This document shows, one piece after another, positions 1 to 8,074 of a DNA stretch of 52,398 bases. The notes beneath the pieces were generated by a model, which saw only the letters and a program-made list of their open reading frames with translations, did not search any database and was not told the DNA's origin. Origin of the DNA: Clostridiales bacterium (lineage in GTDB: Bacteria; Bacillota; Clostridia; Oscillospirales; CAG-272); the NCBI GenBank assembly GCA_004554105.1, contig SFNW01000001.1, forward strand, positions 1 to 52,398. Reading direction: 5' to 3'. The translations under genes were made by a program, and so were the position numbers. Numbering within the stretch: position 1 is the stretch's first letter; each line of letters starts with the position of its first letter.

Positions 1-1395
1 AAGCTGCAGGCGGAGCTGGAAAAAAGACGCAAGCATCATGTATCTCTTTGCATATCCGCAAAGAAAAAATACGATGATTTTTGTGCCAAGCGCCATACAA
101 TTCTTGAAAGGTTGCTTCCGAAGAAAAAGGCTGCCAATGATATACGCGCCGCAATATTGTTGGAGCAAGCCGAATGCTGCGCAAGAGAAGCAGAAGAATG
201 TTGTCGTCTGCTCAATGAAAAATGTTCGGAAACCGCCGCGCTTCGGAATGCGATTGCTGCTGAAAAACTGCCGGAGCAAAAACAAGCCTTACTTGATTTC
301 AAACACAGGGAAGGCTGCCCGCGGCAGCTTACCGCAGCCATTGTCGGCGTTCAATATGACGAAAGTTCTGCATTGCTGCACTGCCGCATAGACGATGCTA
401 TACTTGAAGCAATCCCTCCCGAAACAGTATATGAAGTTTCAACCGAAACACTCAAATACAGGTTGGCAGAATGCAAATCGCAGATTCATGTAATGGAGAC
501 GTGTCACAGCACTTTTGACTCCGCTCGTATTATCGCCGGAACACTTGACACCATCATAGGGAAATACGATTCTTTCTTGAAACGCAGCGGTGGGAATGTC
601 AGTCATGTGTTTATTGACGAGGCGGCGTATGCGCCGCTGACGAAAGGCATAGTCGCCTTTTCATTTGGCGCGCCCGTAACCTTTTTGGGCGACCATAAGC
701 AGATACCGCCCGTCTGTGAGATGGATGAGTACACCCTTTCTGCCGAAAACCAAAGTGTGGTCCTGTGGGCGCAGTCTGTTGTTCACTGCGAAGAGATTTT
801 CAGAAGTAGTATACCGCTTATTCTTGAAAATGCCCAAAGCAGAAAGCCGCCTGTATTGCCGGAAGGCTGTATGACCGCGCTCAATTATACGCACCGCTTC
901 GGTCAGAATCTCGCCGCCGTTCTTGCGCAATATGTTTACACCGGCGATTTTCACGGTGCGCCGAATGCAGATGTGAAAATCAAGGTTTTGAAATGCAGCC
1001 CGAAGCCGAAAGACATAAAAGATAAGATGAATCCGTGCGAGGCGAATGAAATTTCAAAATGTCTAAAAGAAAACAACTTTGAAGATGCTGCAATTTTAAC
1101 GCCCTATAAAGAGCAGGTCAAACTGCTGCAAAAGACAGTGCCTTTTGCGTATCGCGGCAACGTCATGACGATTCACGCATCGCAGGGAAGAGAATACGAC
1201 ACGGTAATCCTCAGTGTCCGTGACCGTATGCCGTGGTGGTTTACCGATTCCAACAATCTCAAATCAAACGGCAGAGCGGTTCTAAATACCGCGCTAAGCC
1301 GTGCGAAGAAGCAGCTGATTATCGCCTGTGACGAAGAGAGTTGGAAAGCATTTGACGGACAGTTACTTGCAGAGATTATTCGCCATGCTAATTGA
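1..1395 (+). CDS. Upf1/DNA2-like superfamily-1 helicase, C-terminal part (5' end lies outside the window)
   Basis: Frame 1 is open from base 1, so the track ORF 112..1395 starts at an internal TTG. Helicase motifs seen: FIDEAAY (motif II), GDHKQIPPV (motif III), TIHASQGREYDTVILS (motif V), LNTALSRAKKQLII (motif VI). No Walker A is visible, so the N-terminus must be upstream. Hand-counted GC is about 40-50% versus about 65% further right. Confidence 0.7.
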   Translation, partial: KLQAELEKRRKHHVSLCISAKKKYDDFCAKRHTILERLLPKKKAANDIRAAILLEQAECCAREAEECCRLLNEKCSETAALRNAIAAEKLPEQKQALLDFKHREGCPRQLTAAIVGVQYDESSALLHCRIDDAILEAIPPETVYEVSTETLKYRLAECKSQIHVMETCHSTFDSARIIAGTLDTIIGKYDSFLKRSGGNVSHVFIDEAAYAPLTKGIVAFSFGAPVTFLGDHKQIPPVCEMDEYTLSAENQSVVLWAQSVVHCEEIFRSSIPLILENAQSRKPPVLPEGCMTALNYTHRFGQNLAAVLAQYVYTGDFHGAPNADVKIKVLKCSPKPKDIKDKMNPCEANEISKCLKENNFEDAAILTPYKEQVKLLQKTVPFAYRGNVMTIHASQGREYDTVILSVRDRMPWWFTDSNNLKSNGRAVLNTALSRAKKQLIIACDEESWKAFDGQLLAEIIRHAN

Positions 1396-1573
1396 AAGAA
1401 AACCGCTCCCTTTGCTACTTGGTTCCGACAACCGAAAATCGACCGCCGCTCCGTCGGAGCGGCAGACAGAACGTCTGCATTTGTGCGGCGCTCTGCCTTT
1501 GCAAAATCAAAGTGCGACGCGGCGACAACCGTTACGTTCCGGTCGATTCGGGCGTAAAGGGCTCCGAGAGCAG

Positions 1574-1600
1574 AAAAACCACCCTGTCGGGTGGTTTTTC
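1574..1600. terminator. Bidirectional rho-independent terminator hairpin (aaaaaccaccc-tgtc-gggtggttttt)
   Basis: Perfect GC-rich stem flanked by an A-run and a T-run. It lies immediately 3' of tRNA-Val on the minus strand and downstream of the helicase ORF on the plus strand. Confidence 0.7.
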
Positions 1601-1603
1601 TGT

Positions 1604-1680
1604 TGGTGGAGACAACTGGAATCGAACCAGTGACCCCTTGCATGTCAAGCAAGTACTCTAACCAGCTGAGCTATGCCTCC
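1604..1680 (-). tRNA. tRNA-Val (anticodon GAC), CCA encoded
   Basis: The reverse complement GGAGGCATAGCTCAGCTGGTTAGAGTACTTGCTTGACATGCAAGGGGTCACTGGTTCGATTCCAGTTGTCTCCACCA folds by hand into a cloverleaf. It has a 7-bp acceptor stem, a D stem GCTC/GAGT, an anticodon stem CTTGC/GCAAG with loop TTGACAT, and a T arm ACTGG-TTCGATT-CCAGT. Confidence 0.93.
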
Positions 1681-1802
1681 GTTTTTCGCGTGGGTTTATT
1701 ATAACACACACAAAATGAAAATGCAACAGGAAATTTCGATTTTTTGAAAAAAGTTTCGGCGGGCGATTTTCTATCGACTTCTTGCAATTTTTTATCTTCC
1801 CC

Positions 1803-1830
1803 TTGCTTTTTCAAAAAAACCGAATATAAT
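1803..1830 (+). promoter_or_regulatory. Candidate sigma-A promoter for the MATE gene (TTGCTT-16-TATAAT)
   Basis: The hexamers were read directly in the AT-rich spacer upstream of the GGAGG SD at 1848-1853. Confidence 0.35.
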
Positions 1831-1863
1831 ATGGAATGATTTTTTCGGGAGGAGGTACATCGG

Positions 1864-3357
1864 ATGAAAACCGAAAAAACAAAATCGGGAACGCTGTCGC
1901 GCTTGCCGCGTCTGTCCCGTCCGGTCGACCTGACGCGGGGAACGCCGTGGAAGGTCATTCTGCTCTATGCCGCGCCGATTATGCTCTCCTACCTCTTGCA
2001 GCAAATCTATGTACTCACCGACGCCATCATCTGCGGGCAGGTGCTGCGCGCGGAGGAGGTCGCGGGCGTCAACGACACCTTTGCGCTGACCTTCATCTTT
2101 CTGCAATTCGCATTCGGCTGTACGGCGGGCTTCGGCGTCATCACCGCGAATTGCGTCGGCTGTGCGGACGACAAGGGCGTGCGCCGCTCGTTCGCCACGC
2201 AAATCTATCTGTCGCTCGGCATTTCGGCCGTGCTGACAGTCCTGTCCGTCGGGCTTCTGCCGCAGATGCTGCGGCTCATCAACGTGACGCCCGACAACAA
2301 AACGGTTTACGGCGCCGCCTATATCTACTGCCTGATTATCTTCATCGGCATTGCGGCGCAGGTCGGCTACAACTTCATCTGCGGCATTCTGCGTGCGCTC
2401 GGCGATTCGTTCACGCCGCTCCTCTTTCTCGTAATCTCCACCCTGCTCAACGTCGGGCTGGATATTCTGTTCCTCGTTCCGCTGCACATGGGACCCGCAG
2501 GCGCGGCGGCGGCAACCGTTCTCGCCCAGCTGCTCAGTTTTATCGGCTGCATGGTCTATTCCCTCATCAAATATGAAAAACTCCGCCCGACCGAAGAGGA
2601 CTTCCGCGTGCCCGCCTCCGCCGTCCGCGCACATCTGCGGCAGGGCGTGCCGCTCGGACTGCAATTTTCGATTTTGGCAATCGGCATCATCGTCATGCAG
2701 GGCGCGGTGGTGGAATTTGACCTCACGGCAAGCGGCGCAATGGTGGCGGGCACGCCCGCGCAGAACGGCTTCGGCGCGGCAAGTAAGCTCATCAATTTTC
2801 TGATGGCGGCATTTAACGGGCTCGGCACCGCCATTCTCGGCTACAATGCGCAAAACTTTGGCAAGGGCGACCGCGTGCGGATTCGCCGCGGCACTTTGCA
2901 GGCGTTTGTCATCATGCTGGTCATTTTCGGCGTCTGCCTTGCGGCGGGGGCTTCCCTTTCGGCGGGCGGCGCATACCAGTACATCTTCATGAGTGCGGAT
3001 AAGGTTTCGGAAGCGTCGATTCGCTTCGGCAACACCTATCTGCTCGTCGACCTCGCGCTCTATTGCATTCTCGGCTTTCTGTTTGTTGCGCGCAGCGCCG
3101 TGCAGGGCGTGTCCCGCCCGGGCTATGTCCTCGGTGCGGGCATCGCGGAGCTTTGCGCGCGAATGCTGATTTGCGCCTTTCTGCCCGAAATCGTCAACGG
3201 CGCTCCGATTGACGCTTCTGCGTCGCCGCTCGCCTTTGCCGCAGTCTGTGCGGGCGACCCGGGCGCATGGCTTGCGGCGTCGCTCGTTTTGACCCTGCCG
3301 CTGTTCCGCTTCATTCTCCGCATCCCGCCGCACACCTCCGACGCGCGGGAAAGCTGA
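1864..3357 (+). CDS. MATE family multidrug/toxin efflux transporter
   Basis: 497-aa polytopic membrane protein. The N-terminal signature LLYAAPIMLSYLLQQIYVLTDAIICGQVL is typical of the MatE fold. ATG is preceded by GGAGG. Confidence 0.85.
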   Translation: MKTEKTKSGTLSRLPRLSRPVDLTRGTPWKVILLYAAPIMLSYLLQQIYVLTDAIICGQVLRAEEVAGVNDTFALTFIFLQFAFGCTAGFGVITANCVGCADDKGVRRSFATQIYLSLGISAVLTVLSVGLLPQMLRLINVTPDNKTVYGAAYIYCLIIFIGIAAQVGYNFICGILRALGDSFTPLLFLVISTLLNVGLDILFLVPLHMGPAGAAAATVLAQLLSFIGCMVYSLIKYEKLRPTEEDFRVPASAVRAHLRQGVPLGLQFSILAIGIIVMQGAVVEFDLTASGAMVAGTPAQNGFGAASKLINFLMAAFNGLGTAILGYNAQNFGKGDRVRIRRGTLQAFVIMLVIFGVCLAAGASLSAGGAYQYIFMSADKVSEASIRFGNTYLLVDLALYCILGFLFVARSAVQGVSRPGYVLGAGIAELCARMLICAFLPEIVNGAPIDASASPLAFAAVCAGDPGAWLAASLVLTLPLFRFILRIPPHTSDARES

Positions 3358-3368
3358 AAATCTTCCTC

Positions 3369-3411
3369 AAAACAACAAAGGACAAGCAAATGCTTGTCCT
3401 TTGTTGTTTTT
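3369..3411 (+). terminator. Rho-independent terminator after the MATE gene
   Basis: 18-bp stem aacaacaaaggacaagca/tgcttgtcctttgttgtt followed by a T-run. Confidence 0.8.
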
Positions 3412-3547
3412 GAGAGCATCGGCAAAGCACCGAACAACCGTGCGCACATCGAAAAGCGTCGGTTTGCCCCCTATCCCGTCGGATATACCGAATCGGGATA
3501 TTTTAAGTATACCATATCGGTATACTGATGTCAAGGGGGGATTTTTC

Positions 3548-3754
3548 ATGCGGCTGAAAGAACTGCGAAAAGCGCGCGGCATCACACAGCTCAAACTGGC
3601 AATGGATTTGCACATGAATCAAAACACAATCTCCCGCTACGAAACCGGTGAACACGAAGCAGGCTACACCGAGTTGATTCGCATTGCCGACTATTTCGAC
3701 GTTTCGATTGACTACCTGCTCGAACGCACCGACAATCCGACCGTCTCCAAATAA
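3548..3754 (+). CDS. XRE-family helix-turn-helix transcriptional regulator (68 aa)
   Basis: MRLKELRKARGITQLKLAMDLHMNQNTISRYETGE is a classic HTH_3 motif. The ATG at 3548 follows AAGGGGGG. The upstream part of track ORF 3401..3754 is not needed. Confidence 0.85.
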   Translation: MRLKELRKARGITQLKLAMDLHMNQNTISRYETGEHEAGYTELIRIADYFDVSIDYLLERTDNPTVSK

Positions 3755-3765
3755 GCAACCGACTC

Positions 3766-3795
3766 AAAGGATTCCCTTTCCGGGAATCCTTTTTT
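3766..3795 (+). terminator. Rho-independent terminator after the XRE gene
   Basis: aaaggattccc-tttcc-gggaatccttttttt. Confidence 0.75.
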
Positions 3796-3866
3796 ACACT
3801 TTGCCGCGCCGAATTTGCCGCAATTTGCGAATTTTCGGCAGATTTCATAAAAGTGCCGCCGCGCTC

Positions 3867-3895
3867 TTGACAGGCGGCGGCTTTTGCGCTATCAT
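3867..3895 (+). promoter_or_regulatory. Sigma-A promoter of feoAB (TTGACA-17-TATCAT)
   Basis: Consensus -35, 17-nt spacer and a good -10, located 44 nt upstream of the feoA ATG. Confidence 0.6.
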
Positions 3896-3923
3896 CTATG
3901 AGTTAGTTAAGACAAACTCATAG
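3896..3923 (+). promoter_or_regulatory. Perfect 9-bp inverted repeat (CTATGAGTT-N10-AACTCATAG) abutting the feoAB -10; candidate metalloregulator operator
   Basis: Read directly from the sequence. Its position immediately downstream of the -10 fits a repressor site. Confidence 0.45.
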
Positions 3924-3938
3924 AAAAGAGGAAGCAGA

Positions 3939-4223
3939 ATGACGCTGAACGAGCTGAAAATCGGGCAGTCTGCCGTCATCGTCGCCGTCGGCGGCGAGGG
4001 GACGCTGCGCAACCGCCTGATTGACATGGGACTGATTCCGCACACCAAGCTGACGCTGCGCAAGGTCGCGCCGATGGGCGACCCGATTGAAATTCTGATT
4101 CGCGGCTACGAGCTGACGCTCCGCCTCGAAGACGCGGCGAACATCACCGTCGAGATTACGGAGGAGGCAGCCCCCGCCGCACGCGCCGACGCCCCCGCGA
4201 AGAAAGGGGCGGGCAAACGATGA
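3939..4223 (+). CDS. feoA: Ferrous iron transport protein A (FeoA)
   Basis: MTLNELKIGQSAVIVAVGGEGTLRNRLIDMGLIPHTKLTLRKVAPMGDPIEI matches the FeoA SH3-like domain. It has an ATGA overlap with feoB. Confidence 0.9.
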   Translation: MTLNELKIGQSAVIVAVGGEGTLRNRLIDMGLIPHTKLTLRKVAPMGDPIEILIRGYELTLRLEDAANITVEITEEAAPAARADAPAKKGAGKR

Positions 4224-6232
4224 AATTTGCACTGACCGGCAACCAGAACTGCGGTAAAACCGCGCTCTTCAACACGCTGACCGGTATGCGCTGCCATGTC
4301 GGCAATTTCCCCGGCGTGACGGTCGAGCAAAAGGTCGGCGAAATCCGCGGCAAGAGCGGCTGCTCGGTTGTCGACCTGCCGGGCATCTACTCGCTGCGCC
4401 CCTACACGCAGGAGGAAATCGTCACCCGCGATTACATACTGAACGAAAAGCCCGACGGCATCATCAACATCGTCGACGCGACCAACATCGAGCGCAACCT
4501 GTACCTGACCATGCAGCTGCTCGAGCTCGACGTCCCGATGGTGCTGGCGCTGAACATGATGGACGAGGTGCGCGCGGGCGGCGGCACGATCGACGTTGAA
4601 AAGATGAGCCGCGAACTCGGCATTCCGGTCGTCCCCATCAGTGCGCTCAAGGACGAGGGCGTCTCCGAACTGATTGACCGCGCAATCGAAGTGGCAAAGC
4701 GGCACATTCTGCCGGTGCGCGCCGACTTCTGCGCCGCCGACTCGCCCTGTCACCGCTGCATTCACGCGGTCATGCACCTCGTGCAGGACCACGCAGCCGA
4801 AGCGGGACTGCCGCTGCGCTTCTGCGCGTCGAAGCTGATTGAGGGCGACAGCGACATCGCCGACCGACTTGGGCTCGACGAAAACGAGCGCGAGCTGATT
4901 GAGCACTGTCTCGTACAGCTTGAAGCCGAATCGGAACTCGACCGCAACGCCGCACTGGCGGATATGCGCTATTCCTTTATCGAGAGCGTCGTCGCCGCCT
5001 CGGTCGTCAAATGTAGCGAGAGCCGCGAGCATCGCCACTCGGTGGCAATCGACAAAATCCTGACCGGCAAATATACCGCGATTCCCGTCTTTCTCGGCAT
5101 CATTCTGCTGATTTTTTGGCTGACCTTCAACGTCATCGGCGCGGGACTGCAGCAGCTGCTTGAACTCGGCATCGGTCGGCTCACCGACATTGTCGATGCC
5201 GCGCTGACGAACTTCGGGCTGAACCCGGTCGTCCACAGCCTGATTATTGACGGTATTTTCAACGGCGTCGGCAGCGTGCTGTCCTTTTTGCCGATTATCG
5301 TCACGCTGTTTTTCTTCCTTTCGATTCTCGAGGACACCGGCTATATGGCGCGCGTCGCCTTTGTCATGGATAAGCCGCTGCGCCGTCTCGGGCTGTCGGG
5401 GCGCTCGTTTGTCCCGATGCTGATCGGCTTCGGCTGCTCGGTGCCTGCCGTCATGGCGGCGCGCACCGTCTCCTCCGACCGCGACCGCAAAATGACAATC
5501 CTGCTTGTCCCTTTCATGAGCTGCTCGGCAAAAATCCCGATTTACGCGGTCTTCACGGCGGCATTCTTCCCGGGGCACGGCGCGCTCGTCATGTTCGCGC
5601 TCTACATCACCGGCATTCTGCTCGCCATTCTCTCGGCGCTCTTCTTAAAGCGCACCTCGTTCCGCGGCAAGCCGGTGCCGTTCGTCATGGAACTGCCAAA
5701 CTACCGTTTCCCCTCTCCGCACAGCGTGGCGCTGCTGCTGTGGGAAAAGGCGCGTGACTTCCTCGAGCGCGCATTCTCGGTCATCTTCATCGCGACCGTC
5801 GTGATTTGGTTCTTGCAGAGCTTTGACTACCGTCTCAACCCGGTCGCCGACTCGACCGAGAGTATGCTTGCCGCCGTCGGTCAGGCAATTTCAATCCTTT
5901 TCAAGCCGCTTGGCTTCGGCGACTGGCGCTTCTCGACCGCGCTGATTTCGGGCTTTATCGCCAAGGAGCAGGTCGTTTCGACGCTCGCCGTCCTTGTCGG
6001 CTGCGACGCAAGTCTGCTCTACACTGCGCTGCCCGCGCTCTTCTCGTCGACGCTCGCCGCGTGCAGCTTCCTCGTCTTTACCCTGCTGTACACGCCCTGC
6101 GTCGCCGCCGTTGCGGCGATTCGCCGCGAGTTCGGCTCGCGCCTTGCCACGGTCGGCATTGTGCTGACGCAGTGCTGTGTGGCATGGCTGGTCGCGTTTA
6201 TCGTCTATACGATCGGAGGGCTGTTTGTATGA
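4220..6232 (+). CDS. feoB: Ferrous iron transporter B (FeoB)
   Basis: N-terminal G-domain GNQNCGKTALFNTLTG, DLPGIYSL and NMMD, followed by a polytopic permease domain. 670 aa. Confidence 0.95.
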   Translation: MKFALTGNQNCGKTALFNTLTGMRCHVGNFPGVTVEQKVGEIRGKSGCSVVDLPGIYSLRPYTQEEIVTRDYILNEKPDGIINIVDATNIERNLYLTMQLLELDVPMVLALNMMDEVRAGGGTIDVEKMSRELGIPVVPISALKDEGVSELIDRAIEVAKRHILPVRADFCAADSPCHRCIHAVMHLVQDHAAEAGLPLRFCASKLIEGDSDIADRLGLDENERELIEHCLVQLEAESELDRNAALADMRYSFIESVVAASVVKCSESREHRHSVAIDKILTGKYTAIPVFLGIILLIFWLTFNVIGAGLQQLLELGIGRLTDIVDAALTNFGLNPVVHSLIIDGIFNGVGSVLSFLPIIVTLFFFLSILEDTGYMARVAFVMDKPLRRLGLSGRSFVPMLIGFGCSVPAVMAARTVSSDRDRKMTILLVPFMSCSAKIPIYAVFTAAFFPGHGALVMFALYITGILLAILSALFLKRTSFRGKPVPFVMELPNYRFPSPHSVALLLWEKARDFLERAFSVIFIATVVIWFLQSFDYRLNPVADSTESMLAAVGQAISILFKPLGFGDWRFSTALISGFIAKEQVVSTLAVLVGCDASLLYTALPALFSSTLAACSFLVFTLLYTPCVAAVAAIRREFGSRLATVGIVLTQCCVAWLVAFIVYTIGGLFV

Positions 6233-6390
6233 CCGCTGCCGACATTGTTGTGCTTGTTTTGGTGGGCGCGGCGCTCGTCGCCGCCGTCCTCTTCTCGATT
6301 CGCTCGCGCAAAAAGCGCGGCGGTGGCTGCGGCTGCGGCTGTTCGAACTGCTCGGGTTGTCCCTCGGCGTCCGAGAAGAATAAAAAATAA
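6229..6390 (+). CDS. FeoB-associated Cys-rich small membrane protein (53 aa)
   Basis: The ATG overlaps the feoB stop codon. It has one TM helix (IVVLVLVGAALVAAVLF) and then GGGCGCGCSNCSGC. Confidence 0.75.
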   Translation: MTAADIVVLVLVGAALVAAVLFSIRSRKKRGGGCGCGCSNCSGCPSASEKNKK

Positions 6391-6404
6391 AAGGAGTGCA
6401 GGCT

Positions 6405-7001
6405 ATGAAACAACTGCTCAAACTCACGCTCGGCGGCTTTCTTGCCGGTGCGTCGATTTCCATCGGCGCGGCAATCTACTTAAGCTGTCAGAGCAAAGTC
6501 GCGGGTGCGCTGCTCTTCTCCATCGGTTTGATTTTGGTCGTCACCTACGGCTTCAATCTCTACACCGGCATGATCGGCTTTGTGCGGAGCGGCAAGGAGC
6601 TGCTGCGCGCGCTCTATGCGCTGCTGGCAAACGCGCTCGGCTGCACGCTCTCGTTTCTGCTGCCGAACGGAGAAGCCGCCCGTGCGGCGGAGCTGTGGCA
6701 GGGCAAGCTCGCCAATGACCTCCCCACCGTGTTTATCCGCGCGGTCGTGTGCGGCGTGCTGATTTACGCCTGCGTCGCCTACGCCAAGAAAAACAGCGGC
6801 ATCGCCGCCTTTGCCTACATCGTTCTCGCCGTGGCGGCGTTCATTCTGTGCGGCGGCGAGCACTCGGTCGCCGACCTCTGCTTCCTGTTCGCCGCGCGCG
6901 GCTTCAGCCTGCAAAGCGTCGGATTTATCCTGATTGTCGCCGCGGGCAACGCCGTCGGCTCGCTCGCCCTGTCGGTTTGGGAAGAGCGGACGGGGAAGTG
7001 A
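6405..7001 (+). CDS. Small formate/nitrite-transporter-family-like membrane protein
   Basis: The ATG at 6405 lies 8 nt after AAGGAG. The protein is polytopic, with a segment ALLFSIGLILVVTYGFNLYTGM that resembles the FNT signature. At 198 aa it is shorter than classical FocA/NirC. Confidence 0.55.
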   Translation: MKQLLKLTLGGFLAGASISIGAAIYLSCQSKVAGALLFSIGLILVVTYGFNLYTGMIGFVRSGKELLRALYALLANALGCTLSFLLPNGEAARAAELWQGKLANDLPTVFIRAVVCGVLIYACVAYAKKNSGIAAFAYIVLAVAAFILCGGEHSVADLCFLFAARGFSLQSVGFILIVAAGNAVGSLALSVWEERTGK

Positions 7002-7021
7002 AAGAAGAAGAAAAAAAGCTC

Positions 7022-7100
7022 GGGGCGCCGCCCCGAACCCCGCACAAGGGGCTTTTTTGTAAAAAAGCCCCTTGTGAATCCGCAAAAAACTTTATAAGAA
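7022..7100. repeat. Intergenic hairpin repeat, family A (copy 1)
   Basis: ggggcgccgcccc...caagg(g/t)gcttttttgtaaaaaagc(c/a)ccttg(t/a)gaatccgcaaaaa..ctttataagaa. A near-identical copy lies at 12497..12575. Confidence 0.8.
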
Positions 7101-7106
7101 CAGAAC

Positions 7107-7137
7107 TGCGGCGCGTATCAACGCGCCGCGGTTTTTT
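7107..7137 (+). terminator. Rho-independent terminator after the FNT-like gene
   Basis: tgcggcgcg-tatcaa-cgcgccgcg(g) followed by TTTTTT. Confidence 0.7.
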
Positions 7138-7235
7138 CTATGTGTCCGCTCCGAAAAATCACGGCAAATTATGCTGCGCGGCGATTTGTCAAAGTCCCTT
7201 CGGGAAAAACAATAACCTCTCTGCGCAGAATCAGG

Positions 7236-7331
7236 CTAAATACTTGCCACGCCTGCGCCCAACACGCCGAATACAAGCATGAGAAGCACCAAAGCCGCAA
7301 GGACAGCGAATGCAAATACTTTTTTCTTCAT
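7236..7331 (-). CDS. Candidate 31-aa hydrophobic micro-protein (MKKKVFAFAVLAALVLLMLVFGVLGAGVASI)
   Basis: Not in the ORF track because it is under 60 aa. The ATG is preceded by GAGAGGAAAG and the product is a single TM-like helix. There is no homology evidence. Confidence 0.3.
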   Translation of the reverse strand: MKKKVFAFAVLAALVLLMLVFGVLGAGVASI

Positions 7332-7436
7332 CTTTCCTCTCCCGCAATCAAGCAGAATATCTTACAGGTATACTTTACCACACGCGCATACGTCTGTCAA
7401 GAGCGGGAAAGGGACGCAGAATTCAAGCCAAATCGA

Positions 7437-7492
7437 ATAGAAAAAAGGGGACGGTCTTTCGGTCGTTCCCTTTCGTTCTGCGCAATCTGCGG
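7437..7492 (-). terminator. Second (distal) copy of the duplicated rplL terminator module
   Basis: Minus-strand hairpin gggaacgacc-gaaa-gaccgtcccc followed by TTTTTT. The roughly 55-nt module is repeated at 7587..7640. Confidence 0.6.
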
Positions 7493-7586
7493 CTTCCGCA
7501 CGCAGCCGTCGGACTGCCGCAGATTGATGCAGAATCTTCGCGAATCGGCGCCGCTGTATACAGATACAGCAAGCCGACTCGCGGAG

Positions 7587-7640
7587 ATAGAAAAAGGAAC
7601 GGCCTTTCGGTCGTTCCTTTTCGTTCTGCGCAATCTGCGG
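7587..7640 (-). terminator. Rho-independent terminator immediately after rplL (proximal copy)
   Basis: Minus-strand hairpin ggaacgacc-gaaa-ggccgttcc followed by TTTTT, 7 nt after the rplL stop codon. Confidence 0.8.
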
Positions 7641-7646
7641 CAGTTC

Positions 7647-8021
7647 TTACTTAACTTCGACTTCTGCGCCGGCAGCAACAAGATCAGCCTTGATCTTCTC
7701 TGCTTCGTCCTTGGAAACGCCTTCCTTAATGGTCTTCGGAGCAGCCTCAACGAGGTCCTTTGCGTCCTTCAGGCCGAGGCCGGTGATCTCACGGACAACC
7801 TTGATAACGCCGAGCTTCTGAGCGCCTGCGCTCTTCAGAACAACGTCAAACTCGGTCTTCTCCTCAGCAGCGGGAGCAGCCGCACCGCCGACAGCGGCAA
7901 CAGCAACGGGAGCAGCGGATACGCCGAACTCCTCCTCGAGTGCCTTTACGAGATCCTTCAGCTCAAGGATCGTCAGGGTCTTTATTTCTTCCATAATGTT
8001 TGCGATCTTTTCGGTAGCCAT
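7647..8021 (-). CDS. rplL: 50S ribosomal protein L7/L12
   Basis: [37 protein letters not shown]...[19 protein letters not shown]. 124 aa. Confidence 0.97.
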   Translation of the reverse strand: MATEKIANIMEEIKTLTILELKDLVKALEEEFGVSAAPVAVAAVGGAAAPAAEEKTEFDVVLKSAGAQKLGVIKVVREITGLGLKDAKDLVEAAPKTIKEGVSKDEAEKIKADLVAAGAEVEVK

Positions 8022-8074
8022 TTTACTATCCTCCTGTTAAATATAAATATTTTTAATATTTTTACGCAATGGAA

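Noticed and set aside
1792-3333. 513-aa minus-strand ORF, and 4106..5578 (490 aa)
   Set aside because: They are antisense to the MATE and feoB genes respectively. The translations are highly Arg/Asp/Glu-rich and lack any motif.
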